64,000 bases of DNA from Chloroflexota bacterium (GCA_965261345.1 OZ253449.1:1251317-1315316), one strand, 5' to 3'; positions 45,383 through 56,267 are shown, counted from the stretch's first letter. Notes: generated by a model from the letters alone, not told the origin. Numbers and translations: made by a program.

Positions 45383-46888
45383 ATGAGCAAACTTGATGGC
45401 CCTTGCGATCTATTGGAACTTTCGGCCAATTCGGCTCGCGAGGAATTGTTGCGATCGGAAAACTATTGCACTTTTGATTTGCCCGATTACTTCACGTTTT
45501 CCGCATTGATTGCAGACGCACACTCTGCTGTGACTGGAAAGACTCGACGGGAGGTAGGCAGCAGCAAAGCGCGTGATTATGAAGACGTCAATTTTTTGGT
45601 CGCACACAACAAAGATGGGCGACTGGCGTGGCGCCCTTGGGCACTCGTCCATCCAGTCCTGTACGCGGCCTTGGTGGACGTGATAACCATAGATGCGAAT
45701 TGGGAGTTGATTCAACGGCGATTTTTCAAATTGAATTGCGAGCCCGATATTCGATGCTCCAGTCGTCCAGTTGTCGGAATGACTTCCAAAATGCGGAAGG
45801 ATTTGGAAATCCACCGGTGGTGGGAGGGGGCAGAGCAGGCTTCAATCGAATTGGCGCTGCAATATTCTTACGTCGTGCATACCGACGTCACCAACTGTTA
45901 TCAATCTATTTACACGCATTCGATCGCCTGGGCAATTCACACAAAGGAAGTTGCTAGAGCGAATAAAGACGATCAACAATTGATTGGAAATGTCATTGAC
46001 AAATATTTGCAGGACATGTCCCTTGGGCAAACGAATGGAATTTGCCAAGGCTCGATATTGATGGATTTGATTGCCGAATGCGTTCTGGCTTACGCGGACG
46101 AGCAATTGGCATCGAATCTAAAGGGTAGCTACGATGGGAAATACAAGATCTTGCGACACCGCGATGATTACAGGATTTTTGTCAATGATCCTAAATTGGG
46201 CGAAGAGATATTGAAAGCGCTTTCCGATGTGTTGAGAGCATTGGGAATGTCCCTAAACTCCGGCAAGACGGAAACCAGTGACGACGTGATCGGGGCAGCG
46301 ATTAAGCGTGACAAACTTGCGTGGCTTTGGCGCAATAAACCAGAGGGCGATCTGCAGAAAAAACTGTTGGCGTTACGGGCGCATGGACTCGAGTATCCAA
46401 ATGGCGGATCCGTAGAGACCGGGCTGCATGAATGCTACGAGAATTTCAATGGCGGGGTAATGGAGGGGGCAATTCTCCCGACGATTGCCATCGTGGCGGA
46501 TATCGCGGTTAGGAATCCGCGCGCCTATCCGATTGCGGCATCGCTAATCAGCTTGTTGATTGGGCAATTGGAGGAAGGGAGTGCTAAACAGGACGCAATG
46601 AGAGCCGTTGAGGATCGTTTTCGTCGCGTTCCGAAAGCGGAATTGATGCACGTTTGGGTAAATAGGGTCGGAATAAAGCTTGGATATGACGCGTTCGCCG
46701 AATCTTCATTGTGCAAATCTGTCAGCAATGGGTCGGCGGAGATTTGGGCACACGATTGGATTTGCGATGCCCAACTGAAATCAAAAATGTTGAGTGGAAC
46801 CATCGTTGACAAAATGCGGATTGCCGAGTTGCCAGAGATGGTGTCAAAAGAAGAGGTAGAGGAACTCACCTTTGTTTATGACGGATAA
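45383..46888 (+). CDS. Reverse transcriptase, Abi/UG-like (defence-associated class), with helical C-terminal domain
   Basis: 501 aa, with GAGG 8 nt upstream of the ATG. RT motifs are 'YVVHTDVTNCYQSIYTHSIAWAIH', 'GQTNGICQGSILMDLIAECVL', 'ILRHRDDYRIFV' (catalytic DD) and 'MSLNSGKTE'. There is no group II maturase/endonuclease region and no retron-type features. About 190 aa of alpha-helical C-terminus follow. Confidence 0.9.
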   Translation: MSKLDGPCDLLELSANSAREELLRSENYCTFDLPDYFTFSALIADAHSAVTGKTRREVGSSKARDYEDVNFLVAHNKDGRLAWRPWALVHPVLYAALVDVITIDANWELIQRRFFKLNCEPDIRCSSRPVVGMTSKMRKDLEIHRWWEGAEQASIELALQYSYVVHTDVTNCYQSIYTHSIAWAIHTKEVARANKDDQQLIGNVIDKYLQDMSLGQTNGICQGSILMDLIAECVLAYADEQLASNLKGSYDGKYKILRHRDDYRIFVNDPKLGEEILKALSDVLRALGMSLNSGKTETSDDVIGAAIKRDKLAWLWRNKPEGDLQKKLLALRAHGLEYPNGGSVETGLHECYENFNGGVMEGAILPTIAIVADIAVRNPRAYPIAASLISLLIGQLEEGSAKQDAMRAVEDRFRRVPKAELMHVWVNRVGIKLGYDAFAESSLCKSVSNGSAEIWAHDWICDAQLKSKMLSGTIVDKMRIAELPEMVSKEEVEELTFVYDG

Positions 46889-47074
46889 ATTATTCGAAAA
46901 ATCCGGGTTGTGACGTTTAAGTGATTGTCAGATGCAGATAGCGGTAGTGAATGCAACGAACCGTCGATTGGAAGTAAACATAATCACGTTTATCTCTAAT
47001 GCCTATCGACTCCGAATGAAGGACTGTCGATAGAGGGCCAGGCGGCCTTGCCGCTAAACGTTTAAGCCGTTACT

Positions 47075-47233
47075 GATCACGTCCCCTGGAGTGGTGTAAG
47101 AGCACCAGCTTGATCAACTAAGCCAACGCGATGACAAAGGGCCATCGTGTAAACCTCTACGGAGTCACTTCACTTACTTCGTCGAGGAACCATCGATGGC
47201 CCAACTTGATTATCAGACTTTGCTTGCCATTAT
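47075..47233 (+). mobile_element. IS256-family 5' end fragment (terminal repeat plus the first ~12 codons of the transposase), truncated
   Basis: This segment is the near-exact reverse complement of 49852-50010, the transposase-start end of the complete IS256 copy. It includes 'MAQLDYQTLLA'. Homology stops where the IS3-type terminal repeat begins. Confidence 0.75.
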
Positions 47234-47266
47234 TGGCCGGCTCCCCCTCATTGGTACCAGAGGGAA
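47234..47266 (+). repeat. Orphan IS3-family terminal inverted repeat
   Basis: TGGCCGGCTCCCCCTCATTGGTACCAGAGGGAA is identical to the outer end of the IS3 copy at 57411-57443 (reverse complement). Only the repeat is shared. Confidence 0.7.
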
Positions 47267-47760
47267 GGGAAGAGAGCGCCGGTATGGCTGGGGTGCGCGG
47301 GGCGACCAGATCAGCAACGTCCTGACAATCAAAGCGCTTCCCCTGGTCTAAGAGATTGGACAGGGCCTCATCGACATCGGCCTCCATGGTAGTGGCCGCC
47401 AATTGCAGGATGCGCAGGTAATTGACGTCGGCGCTGTGCTGACCGCGCCACTGGCAAAGCGCATCGTAGGCGCGGCGGAAGGTAAGGGTGGGGAAGAGCT
47501 GCTCGCGCCAGCGGTAGCGGGCAAAGGCGCCGGGCTCCAAGCACCAGCGATCCGATCACGTGGCGGTAATTGACGCGGGCCCGCAATGCTCCCGTGGCGC
47601 GCTCTAGGCGCTCGACCAATCGGCCCTTGTAGTACACGTCCAGGTGATCGGCATAGAGACGGACTTCCACCTTCTGTCCGATCAGGCGTGGTGGTACCGT
47701 GTAGGTGCGGCCCGAGATTTGGATGGTGCTCCATTTGCGCACCACCGCGCATTGACTCAC
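47267..47760 (-). pseudogene. IS21-family IstA transposase C-terminal fragment with frameshift
   Basis: Two overlapping frames read 'ISGRTYTVPPRLIGQKVEVRLYADHLDVYYKGRLVERLER...NYRHVIGSLV' and 'GAFARYRWREQLFPTLTFRRAYDAL...VNYLRILQLAATTMEADVDEAL'. This is the typical IstA C-terminal region. Confidence 0.7.
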
Positions 47761-48029
47761 TGTTTTTGTAACCCAAACAGGGCCGTTGCCTCACTAGCAA
47801 CCGTGTCAAAAGTCAAACCCGCCGGGGTGGGATCAGAGAGGGTCCGGGAGATAAGGGAGGAGTGAAATCAGCTCCCTTTGTCAGGCGCATACCCTGCAAA
47901 GACCCATGCGCTGGGTACGGCTTCGCCAGGGACCTTGCCGGGCGCCTTGCCCGGCGTTGACAAAAAGCAGATTGGCTTCAGACCACCGGGTGCTCCCCGC
48001 GCCGGGGTCGCTCCGGATATCGCGGCCGG

Positions 48030-48160
48030 CTACGCGGGCGCCTGCTCCCGCCAGGGCTCACCGCGGCCGGCCACCGAGTTAAGGGCGATCAACAGCTTGC
48101 GCATGCAGGCGGTCAACGCCACCTTTTTTGGCTTACGAACGGCCAGTCTAACTGGCATTG
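48030..48160 (-). pseudogene. IS110-family transposase C-terminal fragment
   Basis: The minus strand reads '...[39 protein letters not shown]'. Compare '[30 protein letters not shown]' at the end of the intact IS110 transposase at 50304-51254. Confidence 0.65.
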
Positions 48161-48600
48161 GACAGCGGGTGAAAGTCCCGCATGCTGAAAGGAAAGGAGC
48201 CAATCCGCAGCACTCCGCGAGTCATGCGTGACCGGTCGCGAGGCCGGGCATGAAGCGTGGACGTGTCCCACGGTGTGGTGTAACTAAGCCGTCCTCTACG
48301 TTTAGGGGTTCGGCAGCTGCAACTCTACAGAGTTGCAGCTGCCGGCAGGGCCGGCAGATGGTTGCTGGGGCTTGCTGGGGGAGTTTCGAGTCCTTGGCTG
48401 TGACGGCGACTGCCGGTAAGGCGTCCATCATTTTGCCAGTTGCGACCATGGCGCGGTCGTGGTCATATGGGCTTCCATGGGTCCGAAGGCCGGCCCCGGC
48501 CCGTAACGGCTCGCATTCGGGCTCACCGGGCCGGGTTTGTTGGGAAAGTCGGCCCAATTCGACGCTAGTGATCCTTATTTAGGCCCAGCTAGCGCCAAGC
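48161..48600 (+). other. Structured RNA-like segment of unknown identity (possibly a truncated ORF-less group II intron 5' portion)
   Basis: There is a dense run of short hairpins with tetraloop-like loops: CGGG-UGAAAGU-CCCG, GUCA-UGCG-UGAC nested in CGCGA...UCGCG, and GUGGAC...GUCCCAC. No credible ORF is present. It lies between an IS110 fragment and IS256. Confidence 0.25.
48311..48344. repeat. 34-bp perfect palindrome
   Basis: CGGCAGCTGCAACTCT-AC-AGAGTTGCAGCTGCCG. The 16-bp arms are exactly complementary. Confidence 0.95.
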
Positions 48601-50010
48601 CGGGCGCACGACCTTCCATTTCCCTGGAGGGCGCTACGGCCCCCGGCGGCGGTTGCTACCCCGCCGGCAATGCCAGCGGGGACTGCCTCTCTCCCGGAGA
48701 TGGGGGTTGGCCGATTAAGGCCATCGAGTGCCTGGACATATAGCGGCGCTCGGATGCGAGCCATTCGTCGTTCTGCTCAATTAGGACCGCTCCGATAAGG
48801 CGCAGGACCGAGTCATCGTCGGGGAAGAGCTGTACTACCCGGGTGCGGCGCTTTAGCTCGCCCATAACGCGCTCTAGGGGATTGGTGGACCAGATCTTGC
48901 GCCAGTGCGAAGGCGGGAAGGCGGTGTAGGCAGTCAGGGCGATCTCGGAGTCCTCGAGGATCGTGGACAGTTCCGGATACTTGCGCTCTAAGCGATCGGC
49001 GAAATCTCCGAAGGCGTCCATGGCGCTCTGCTTGTCAGCCTGCCCAAACAGCGACGCCAGTCCGGCTGCCACCAGCCCGCGGTCGCCGCTTCTGACCCTT
49101 GGTAGAAGATTGCGCCCAAAGTGTGTCCTGCACGTCTGCCAGGCGGCCTCGGGAATAAGCTTTGTCACCGCGTTGCCGATGGCTTGGTTCCCATCGGAGA
49201 TCACCAGCCGCACGCCGGATAGACCGCGCGTTACCAGGGAGGCGAGCAAGTCCTCCCCGAAGCCCTGCGCTTCGCTGTGGCCGATTGCAAGCCCCAGCAG
49301 CTCGCGATGGCCGTTCTCGTTTACGGCCATTGCTATGCCCACCGCCCGCGACCTTACCGCATGCGCGTTTCGGGCTTTTACGTAGGTGGCGTCGAGATAG
49401 AGGTACGGGAAGGTCGTATGCGAGAGATCGCGTTCGCGGAAGGCATTGACCAGCTCGTCGATGCCTTTGCAGATCCTTGACACCTCGGACCTGGAGATCC
49501 CGGCGTTTACTCCCATCGCCTCCACCAGCTTGTCGACCTTGCGGGTGGAGACGCCCTTGCTGTAGGCGGTCATGATGACGCCGTAGAGGGCCTGGTCGAT
49601 GCGGCGCCGCCGCTCCAAGAACTCGGGGTAGTAGCTGCCTTGGCGCAGCTTGGGCAGGGCAATCTCGATGTCGCCCGCCCGGGTGGAGAGGGTGCGCTTG
49701 CGCGAGCCGCCAAAGCCGATTGCGACGCTCGCCGTTGCGCTCGTGCGGTTGGGCGCCGATGTTTTCGGCCAGGCCGGCGTCAATAAGTTCCTGGTAGGCG
49801 TGCCGTACGGCGCTGCGGACGAATTCGCTGCTGTCAAACCCTTGCTTGGCGATAAGGGCAAGCAAGGTCTGATAATCAAGTTGGGCCATCGATGGTTCCT
49901 CGACGAAGTAAGTGAAGTGACTCCGTAGAGGTTTACACGATGGCCCTTTGTCATCGCGTTGGCTTAGTTGATCAAGCTGGTGCTCTTACACCACTCTAGG
50001 GGACGTGATC
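48600..50010 (-). mobile_element. IS256-family insertion sequence (about 1.4 kb); left boundary approximate
   Basis: It carries a mutator-type transposase. The right end is defined by comparison with the truncated copy at 47075. The left end is estimated from a weak terminal-repeat match (TTTCCCTGGAGGGCG versus GTCCCCTGGAGTGGTG). Confidence 0.75.
48656..49889 (-). pseudogene. IS256-family (mutator-type) transposase, interrupted by one frameshift near 49700-49740
   Basis: The N-terminus 'MAQLDYQTLLALIAKQGFDSSEFVRSAVRHAYQELIDAGLAENIGAQPHER' is in one frame. The rest, 'GGSRKRTLSTRAGDIEIALPKLRQGSYYPEFLERRRRIDQAL...YLYLDATYVK...VISDGNQAI...WQTCRTHFGRNL...STNPLER', is in another. Confidence 0.8.
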
Positions 50011-51477
<1,467 letters not shown>

Positions 51478-52238
51478 CTATGGCTACAAGCGCATCACCG
51501 CCCTGCTTAAACGCTCGGGCTGGAAACTGAACCGCAAGCGGGTCCTGCGCATCTGGCGCCGGGAGGGACTATAAAGTCCCGATCCGGAGCGCCAAGCAGT
51601 CGCGCCGCTGGCTCGAGGGCGGGAGATCAACCCGCCTTATCTCCGAGCGTCCCAACCACGTCTGGGCCTACGACTTCGCCTACGCGCGCACCGAGGACGG
51701 CCGGCCCCTGCGGATCCTGACCGTAGTCGACGAGTTCACCCGCCAATCCTTAGCGGTAAGGGTCGAGCATACGTTCCCTGCCCGCGGCGTGATCGAGACA
51801 ATCGCCGACCTCATGCTCGCCCACGGGGTCCCCGGGCACATCCGCTCTGGCAACGGTCCCGAATTTACTGCCCACAGCGATACGGAAATGTCTATCGGCA
51901 AATCAGGTCAAGACCGTCTACATCAAGCCCGGCGCCCCCTGGGAGAACGCCTATGCGGAATCGTTCATCTCCAGGCTCCGGGACGAGCTCCCGACCGCGA
52001 GATCTTCTACACGCTCGTAGAAGCCAGGGTGATGCTGGAACGCTTCCGGATCGACTACAGCACCGTGCGTCCACACTCAGCGCTCGGTTACCTATCGCCC
52101 CTGGAAGCCATCGAGGCGGCGGCGTGAGGGATCAACTGCCGGTCGCAATCCGGCTGCTGCTGGCCGGCCCAAAAATCAGCCTCGCCGCCAACAAGACAAT
52201 GTCTCAAACCAACTGGTACCAAAACCGGGGACCTGCCA
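51478..52238 (+). mobile_element. IS3-family remnant (3' two-thirds of orfB plus right terminal repeat), with frameshifts
   Basis: It reads 'YGYKRITALLKRSGWKLNRKRVLRIWR', 'HVWAYDFAYARTEDGRPLRILTVVDEFTR' and 'FRIDYSTVRPHSALGYLSPLEA' across several frames. It ends with ...GGTACCAAAACCGGGGACCTGCCA, which matches the end of the IS3 copy at 56079. Confidence 0.75.
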
Positions 52239-52248
52239 ATCGACGAAT

Positions 52249-52536
52249 TTGGCATGTGGAATTACGACCGCGATGCCCTTCTTCTCGCTGATCTCAGAAC
52301 GTTACCTAAGGAGCGGCACCATCCTTACATCCAACAAAGGCATCGCCGATTGGGGTGATGTCCTGGGAGATCACGCCGTAGCCTCCGCGATCGTCGATCG
52401 CATGCTCCACCACTGCCATACCATCACCATAAAGGGAAGCAGCTACCGACTAAAAGAAAAGCGCCGGGCCGGTTTGATTGCACCGGTTTCTGCTCCAGTC
52501 GTGGACAAAGACCAGATCCTGGCCGACGATTCCTAA
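52249..52536 (+). pseudogene. IS21-family IstB helper ATPase, C-terminal fragment
   Basis: 'FFSLISERYLRSGTILTSNKGIADWGDVLGDHAVASAIVDRMLHHCHTITIKGSSYRLKE' is the conserved IstB C-terminus. The N-terminal two-thirds are missing. Confidence 0.7.
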
Positions 52537-52944
52537 CTCAAACCAAAACTAGACTGGCGAAAGCGAGGTGACAACTACAAGTGAGACCGCGTGGGTCAAG
52601 TTGAAACAGCCCCTGACAATTTTGCCGAGTCCAATGGCGACAACAGAGGCATTTGTGAGTAGATCCGCAGCTTCACCCAAGGGCAAACTGAGGGCTAAAA
52701 ACGCCTAACAATTCCACTCGAAAGTTCCGGAATTTCCACAGCTATGCGGGTGCAATTTCGATCGCCTTCAATTGTTTTGCGGCCAGTTGCCGACGTGGAT
52801 GGAAGTCCGCATTCCAGTTAAGCCAAATGTCGATTGTGGATAAGGCGGTCATGGACCGACTCCAATCGGCCTTAATGGTTCAATGACCGGCATTGCAATT
52901 GGAACGTGGGTGCGAACTGACAATTCGGTAACTACAATATCGTA

Positions 52945-53253
52945 ATGGCTTTTTGTGATCTATTGCGGTGGGAATGGGACCTTGCAAAAGAACAGGTCAA
53001 CATTCGCAGACATGGAATCGGGTTCGGGACCGCAATCAAAGTCTTTCAAGACCCCTTAGCTGCAACTCGCTCGGATCCGCATAAAGAGGAACGGCGATTG
53101 CGAACAATTGGGGTCATTGGGAATGTGACCGTCTTAGTCGTCCACACAGTTCCCGAATACGACGAAATCACTGCAACAGCGGTGGGTTGGATCATCAGTG
53201 CCAGGAAAGCAACAGCCGGAGAGAGGAATGCATGTGAAACAGAAGCGAACTAA
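52945..53253 (+). CDS. brnT: BrnT-type toxin (DUF497)
   Basis: The pattern 'WEWDLAKEQVNIRRHGIGFGTAIKVFQDP...TVLVVHT...IISARKATAGER' is typical of DUF497/BrnT. Confidence 0.8.
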   Translation: MAFCDLLRWEWDLAKEQVNIRRHGIGFGTAIKVFQDPLAATRSDPHKEERRLRTIGVIGNVTVLVVHTVPEYDEITATAVGWIISARKATAGERNACETEAN

Positions 53254-53512
53254 GCCCGTGGAGCAATGCGAAAGCGAAATTGCGCGATTGGCGAACTTGC
53301 CGGACGACCAGATCGATACGACGGATATTCCAGAAATACTCGATTGGTCGGACGCTCGTAGAGGCGTGTTTTATCGGCCTTTAAAGCAACAGATAACACT
53401 GCGATTGGATGCGGACGTCATCGCGTGGTTCAAAGCGCATGCGCCGAACGGCCGCGGATATCAAACGCACATTAATCGCGCGTTACGAGAGCATGTTATG
53501 CGATCGCGCTAG
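53228..53512 (+). CDS. brnA: BrnA-type antitoxin
   Basis: It has 'DTTDIPEILDWSDARRGVFYRPLKQQITLRLDADVIAWFKAHAPNGRGYQTHINRALREHV'. ATG 53228 is preceded by GGAGAGAGG and overlaps the brnT 3' end. Confidence 0.8.
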   Translation: MHVKQKRTKPVEQCESEIARLANLPDDQIDTTDIPEILDWSDARRGVFYRPLKQQITLRLDADVIAWFKAHAPNGRGYQTHINRALREHVMRSR

Positions 53513-53682
53513 CTTAATGTCCAAGCCGCGATCGTGAAACCAAAACAATCGTTTCAATTTATCGATTTGTCCGGCACCACGATCACGATAGTTCAGCCAT
53601 TGAATTCGCGGAAGGGAAGACCGTCACCGATCCCTCCGCACAGATCCGGAAGTGCCCGTTAGCGAATCCGAACTTACCTAAT

Positions 53683-53904
53683 GTGGTTGACGGCAAAGCG
53701 CGCGGCGCGCCATGTGTGGAAGATGGGGGATTGGGGCAAGAACTGATCAAACGGCGCTTGGAACGGGACGGGTGGTACTTGGATCGTCACGGGTCAAATC
53801 ACGACATATATTGCCATCCAACGATTGCGGGGATCATCACTTTGCCTCGCCACCAGGCCTTGTCAATTGGTTTCGCCGGGACAATCGCGTCTAAAGCACG
53901 TTAG
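53683..53904 (+). CDS. hicA: HicA-type mRNA interferase toxin (true start probably internal, e.g. GTG 53716 or TTG 53731)
   Basis: It has 'LIKRRLERDGWYLDRHGSNHDIYCHPTIAGIITLPRH' and lies directly upstream of a HicB-like gene. Confidence 0.7.
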   Translation: MVDGKARGAPCVEDGGLGQELIKRRLERDGWYLDRHGSNHDIYCHPTIAGIITLPRHQALSIGFAGTIASKAR

Positions 53905-53922
53905 GAGAACTAGGCTGCAAAC

Positions 53923-54330
53923 ATGAATCGGTATCCTGCCCTAATTGATGGCAGTGCTGGAGCTTACGGAGTCGTATTCCCCGACGTACCGGGCAATTGC
54001 GCCATGGGAAACACGATTGACGAAGCGCTATTGGATGGCGAAGACGCGCTTCACGATTACGCAGTTGAAACCAGGCGCGACGGTGTTTCGCTTACTGAAC
54101 CGACTCCATTGGAATCAATTGAAACTTCAACGGGTACCAAATTGGTGTCCATTCCTCCAATTGAGCCTTCCGCGAAGAGTGTTCGGGCCAGCCTAACGTT
54201 AGACGCAAGCGTAGCTGAATTCATCGACAACGAAGCTCGGCGCCGAGGGATGACTAGGAAGTCGTACATAACCTGGATGGCCCGGCGTTTCGCAGCAAAA
54301 AAGGGGGATGAATTATTGGGTCAGTCTTGA
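53923..54330 (+). CDS. hicB: HicB-family antitoxin with C-terminal ribbon-helix-helix-like DNA-binding tail
   Basis: It has 'YPALIDGSAGAYGVVFPDVPGNCAMGNTIDEALLDGEDALHDY' (HicB fold) and 'LDASVAEFIDNEARRRGMTRKSYITWMA'. Confidence 0.8.
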   Translation: MNRYPALIDGSAGAYGVVFPDVPGNCAMGNTIDEALLDGEDALHDYAVETRRDGVSLTEPTPLESIETSTGTKLVSIPPIEPSAKSVRASLTLDASVAEFIDNEARRRGMTRKSYITWMARRFAAKKGDELLGQS

Positions 54331-54539
54331 TCCCAAAAGTGCCCAATTTCGACTGAGACTCTGAACCCGTCGATCAGTTAGACAAAGATCTCCCGGATGT
54401 GGCGCTGATAGAAGATTTACCAGCGCAGGCTAATCGTTATGCAGTTTGTCTCTCGTAGATCGGCCGGCGCGTTGCTTCCGTAACCCTGCTGAGAGGGCCC
54501 GGTCGTTTGCCAGGTTTGCCGCAAAGGCTATCCTGACCC

Positions 54540-55865
54540 ATGGCCCGAACGCGACCTCTCTCCGATTTCGGCATGCGTGGCATGTTTGACGACGCATCCG
54601 ATGTGGACCGCACCGCGCCGTTGGCCGCACGGATGCGGCCTCGCACCCTGGACGAGATCGTCGGGCAGGTCCATCTGGTCGGACCGGACGCCCCGCTCCG
54701 ACGGGCGATTGAGGCCGATTCGCTCCCCTCTTGCATCCTCTGGGGACCGCCGGGCAGCGGGAAGACCTCAATGGCCCAGGTCATTGCCCGCCTCACCGAA
54801 GCCCGATTCGCAACCGTTTCAGCCGTATCCAGCGGCGTTGCCCAATTGCGCAAGGTCATCGCCGCCGCCGAGATCCACCGCCGCGATCGGCGCGTCCCTA
54901 CAACCCTCTTTATAGACGAGATACATCGTTTCAATAAGGCCCAGCAGGACGCCGTTCTGCCCGCCGTCGAGGACGGCACTATCACCCTGATTGGCGCGAC
55001 CACCGAAAACCCGTCCTTTGAAGTTGTGGCTCCGCTGCTCAGCCGGGCGCGCGTTTTCAAACTCGAACTGCTCGAGCGTGACGACATCAAAGTTCTGCTG
55101 CGCCGCGCCATCGTGGATGACCAGCGTGGACTGGGCGCGGACAGGCCGCAGATCGAAGACGATGCAATCGATGCTCTGGCGACGCTCGGCGCCGGCGACG
55201 CGCGGGTCGCGCTTAACACGCTTGAGGCTGCAGCCCGCGATGCCGCGGCCCAGGGACAAGCGGTCACTGTCGAGACCATCATCGCGGTTGCCCAGAGAGC
55301 CCTGCCCTACGACAAGGGCGGGGATGCCCACTTCGACACCATCTCCGCCTTCATCAAGTCAGTTCGCGGCTCTGATCCGCACGCCGCGGTCTACTGGCTC
55401 GCGAGGATGCTTGAGGCGGGCGAGGACCCCATGTTCGTTGCTCGACGCATCGTCATCCTCGCTTCCGAGGACGTCGGTCTTGCCGATCCCCGGGCACTAT
55501 CCGTGGCCGTCGCCGCGCAACAAGCTACGCATTTGATCGGCATGCCTGAGTGTTCGCTTGTCCTCTCCGAAGCCGCCATTTACCTGGCCCGCGCGCCCAA
55601 GAGCAACTCTGCGACGAAGGCCTACGCCGCCGCCGCCGCCGCGGTTCGTGAGCTTGGTGCATTGCCGGTCCCGCTCCACCTGCGCAACGCTGCCACCAGC
55701 CTAATGGCCAACCATGGTTATGGCCGCGGTTACCAGTACGCACATGACTACGAGGGCGCGGTTGCCCCCAACCAGCAGCATTTGCCGGACGCTCTGCGCG
55801 ACTCAAAGTTTTACGAGCCAACTGAACGCGACACGAGTTCCGGCACCCGGGATTTAGACCGCTAA
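54540..55865 (+). CDS. rarA: Replication-associated recombination protein A (MgsA/RarA AAA+ ATPase)
   Basis: 441 aa with 'RMRPRTLDEIVGQ', 'LWGPPGSGKTS', 'LFIDEIHRFNKAQQDA', 'TLIGATTENPSFEV' and 'HFDTISAFIKSVRGSDPHAAVYWLARML'. Confidence 0.9.
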   Translation: MARTRPLSDFGMRGMFDDASDVDRTAPLAARMRPRTLDEIVGQVHLVGPDAPLRRAIEADSLPSCILWGPPGSGKTSMAQVIARLTEARFATVSAVSSGVAQLRKVIAAAEIHRRDRRVPTTLFIDEIHRFNKAQQDAVLPAVEDGTITLIGATTENPSFEVVAPLLSRARVFKLELLERDDIKVLLRRAIVDDQRGLGADRPQIEDDAIDALATLGAGDARVALNTLEAAARDAAAQGQAVTVETIIAVAQRALPYDKGGDAHFDTISAFIKSVRGSDPHAAVYWLARMLEAGEDPMFVARRIVILASEDVGLADPRALSVAVAAQQATHLIGMPECSLVLSEAAIYLARAPKSNSATKAYAAAAAAVRELGALPVPLHLRNAATSLMANHGYGRGYQYAHDYEGAVAPNQQHLPDALRDSKFYEPTERDTSSGTRDLDR

Positions 55866-56267
55866 GGCACGGGCGATCCTTCGGGGGCCACTCCGCCGAT
55901 GTCACCCACGCGATTGCGGTAACGCTTCAATGATTGGCACCGGTGCCACGGGTTCAGGTGCCTGCTGGCGCACGCGACCGGTCTACTTGGCCGAAGAATT
56001 CGGTGAGATAGGCGTACGCTTGGCCACTGCCATTGCCCACCGGTCATACGGTCGGCAATCCCCCCGCCCCGCAGCTTGTGGCAGGTCCCCGGTTTTGGTA
56101 CCAGGTGGTTTGAGACATTGTCTTGTGGGAGGGTGCCGCCAGCTCTCCTGCAGGAGAGCTGGCGGCGAAGCTGATATTGCGGCCGCCCGTAGCACCCACG
56201 AAGACGGACGCCAGGCCGTCGATGAGGCCGGCCAGCAGCAGCCGGATTGCAACCGGAAGTTGATCCA

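Noticed and set aside
44916-46991. TAATCACGTT at about 44916 and 46981, flanking the RT gene, and ACGTTTAAG at 46913 and 47058
   Set aside because: Matches of 9-10 nt between AT-richer regions of this size are reasonably likely by chance, and no further att-like structure is present.
48166-48180. GGGTGAAAGTCCCGC, resembling the RNase P RNA GAGGAAAGTCCGGGC box
   Set aside because: The surrounding sequence does not follow the RNase P type A or B architecture, and the element lies inside an IS cluster, so a housekeeping RNase P gene is unlikely. It is kept only as part of an unidentified structured segment.
48656-49954. The N-terminal 'MTKGHRVNLYGVTSLTSSRNHRWPNLII...' of the 432-aa ORF, and its twin 64-aa ORF at 47131-47325
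   Set aside because: These residues are translations of the IS256 terminal repeat and 5' UTR read in the wrong frame. The genuine transposase N-terminus is 'MAQLDYQTLLAL...' (ATG 49889) in another frame, joined by a frameshift.
54437-55282. 281-aa minus-strand ORF, plus 170-aa and 126-aa ORFs nearby
   Set aside because: They are antisense to rarA, which has unambiguous AAA+ motifs.
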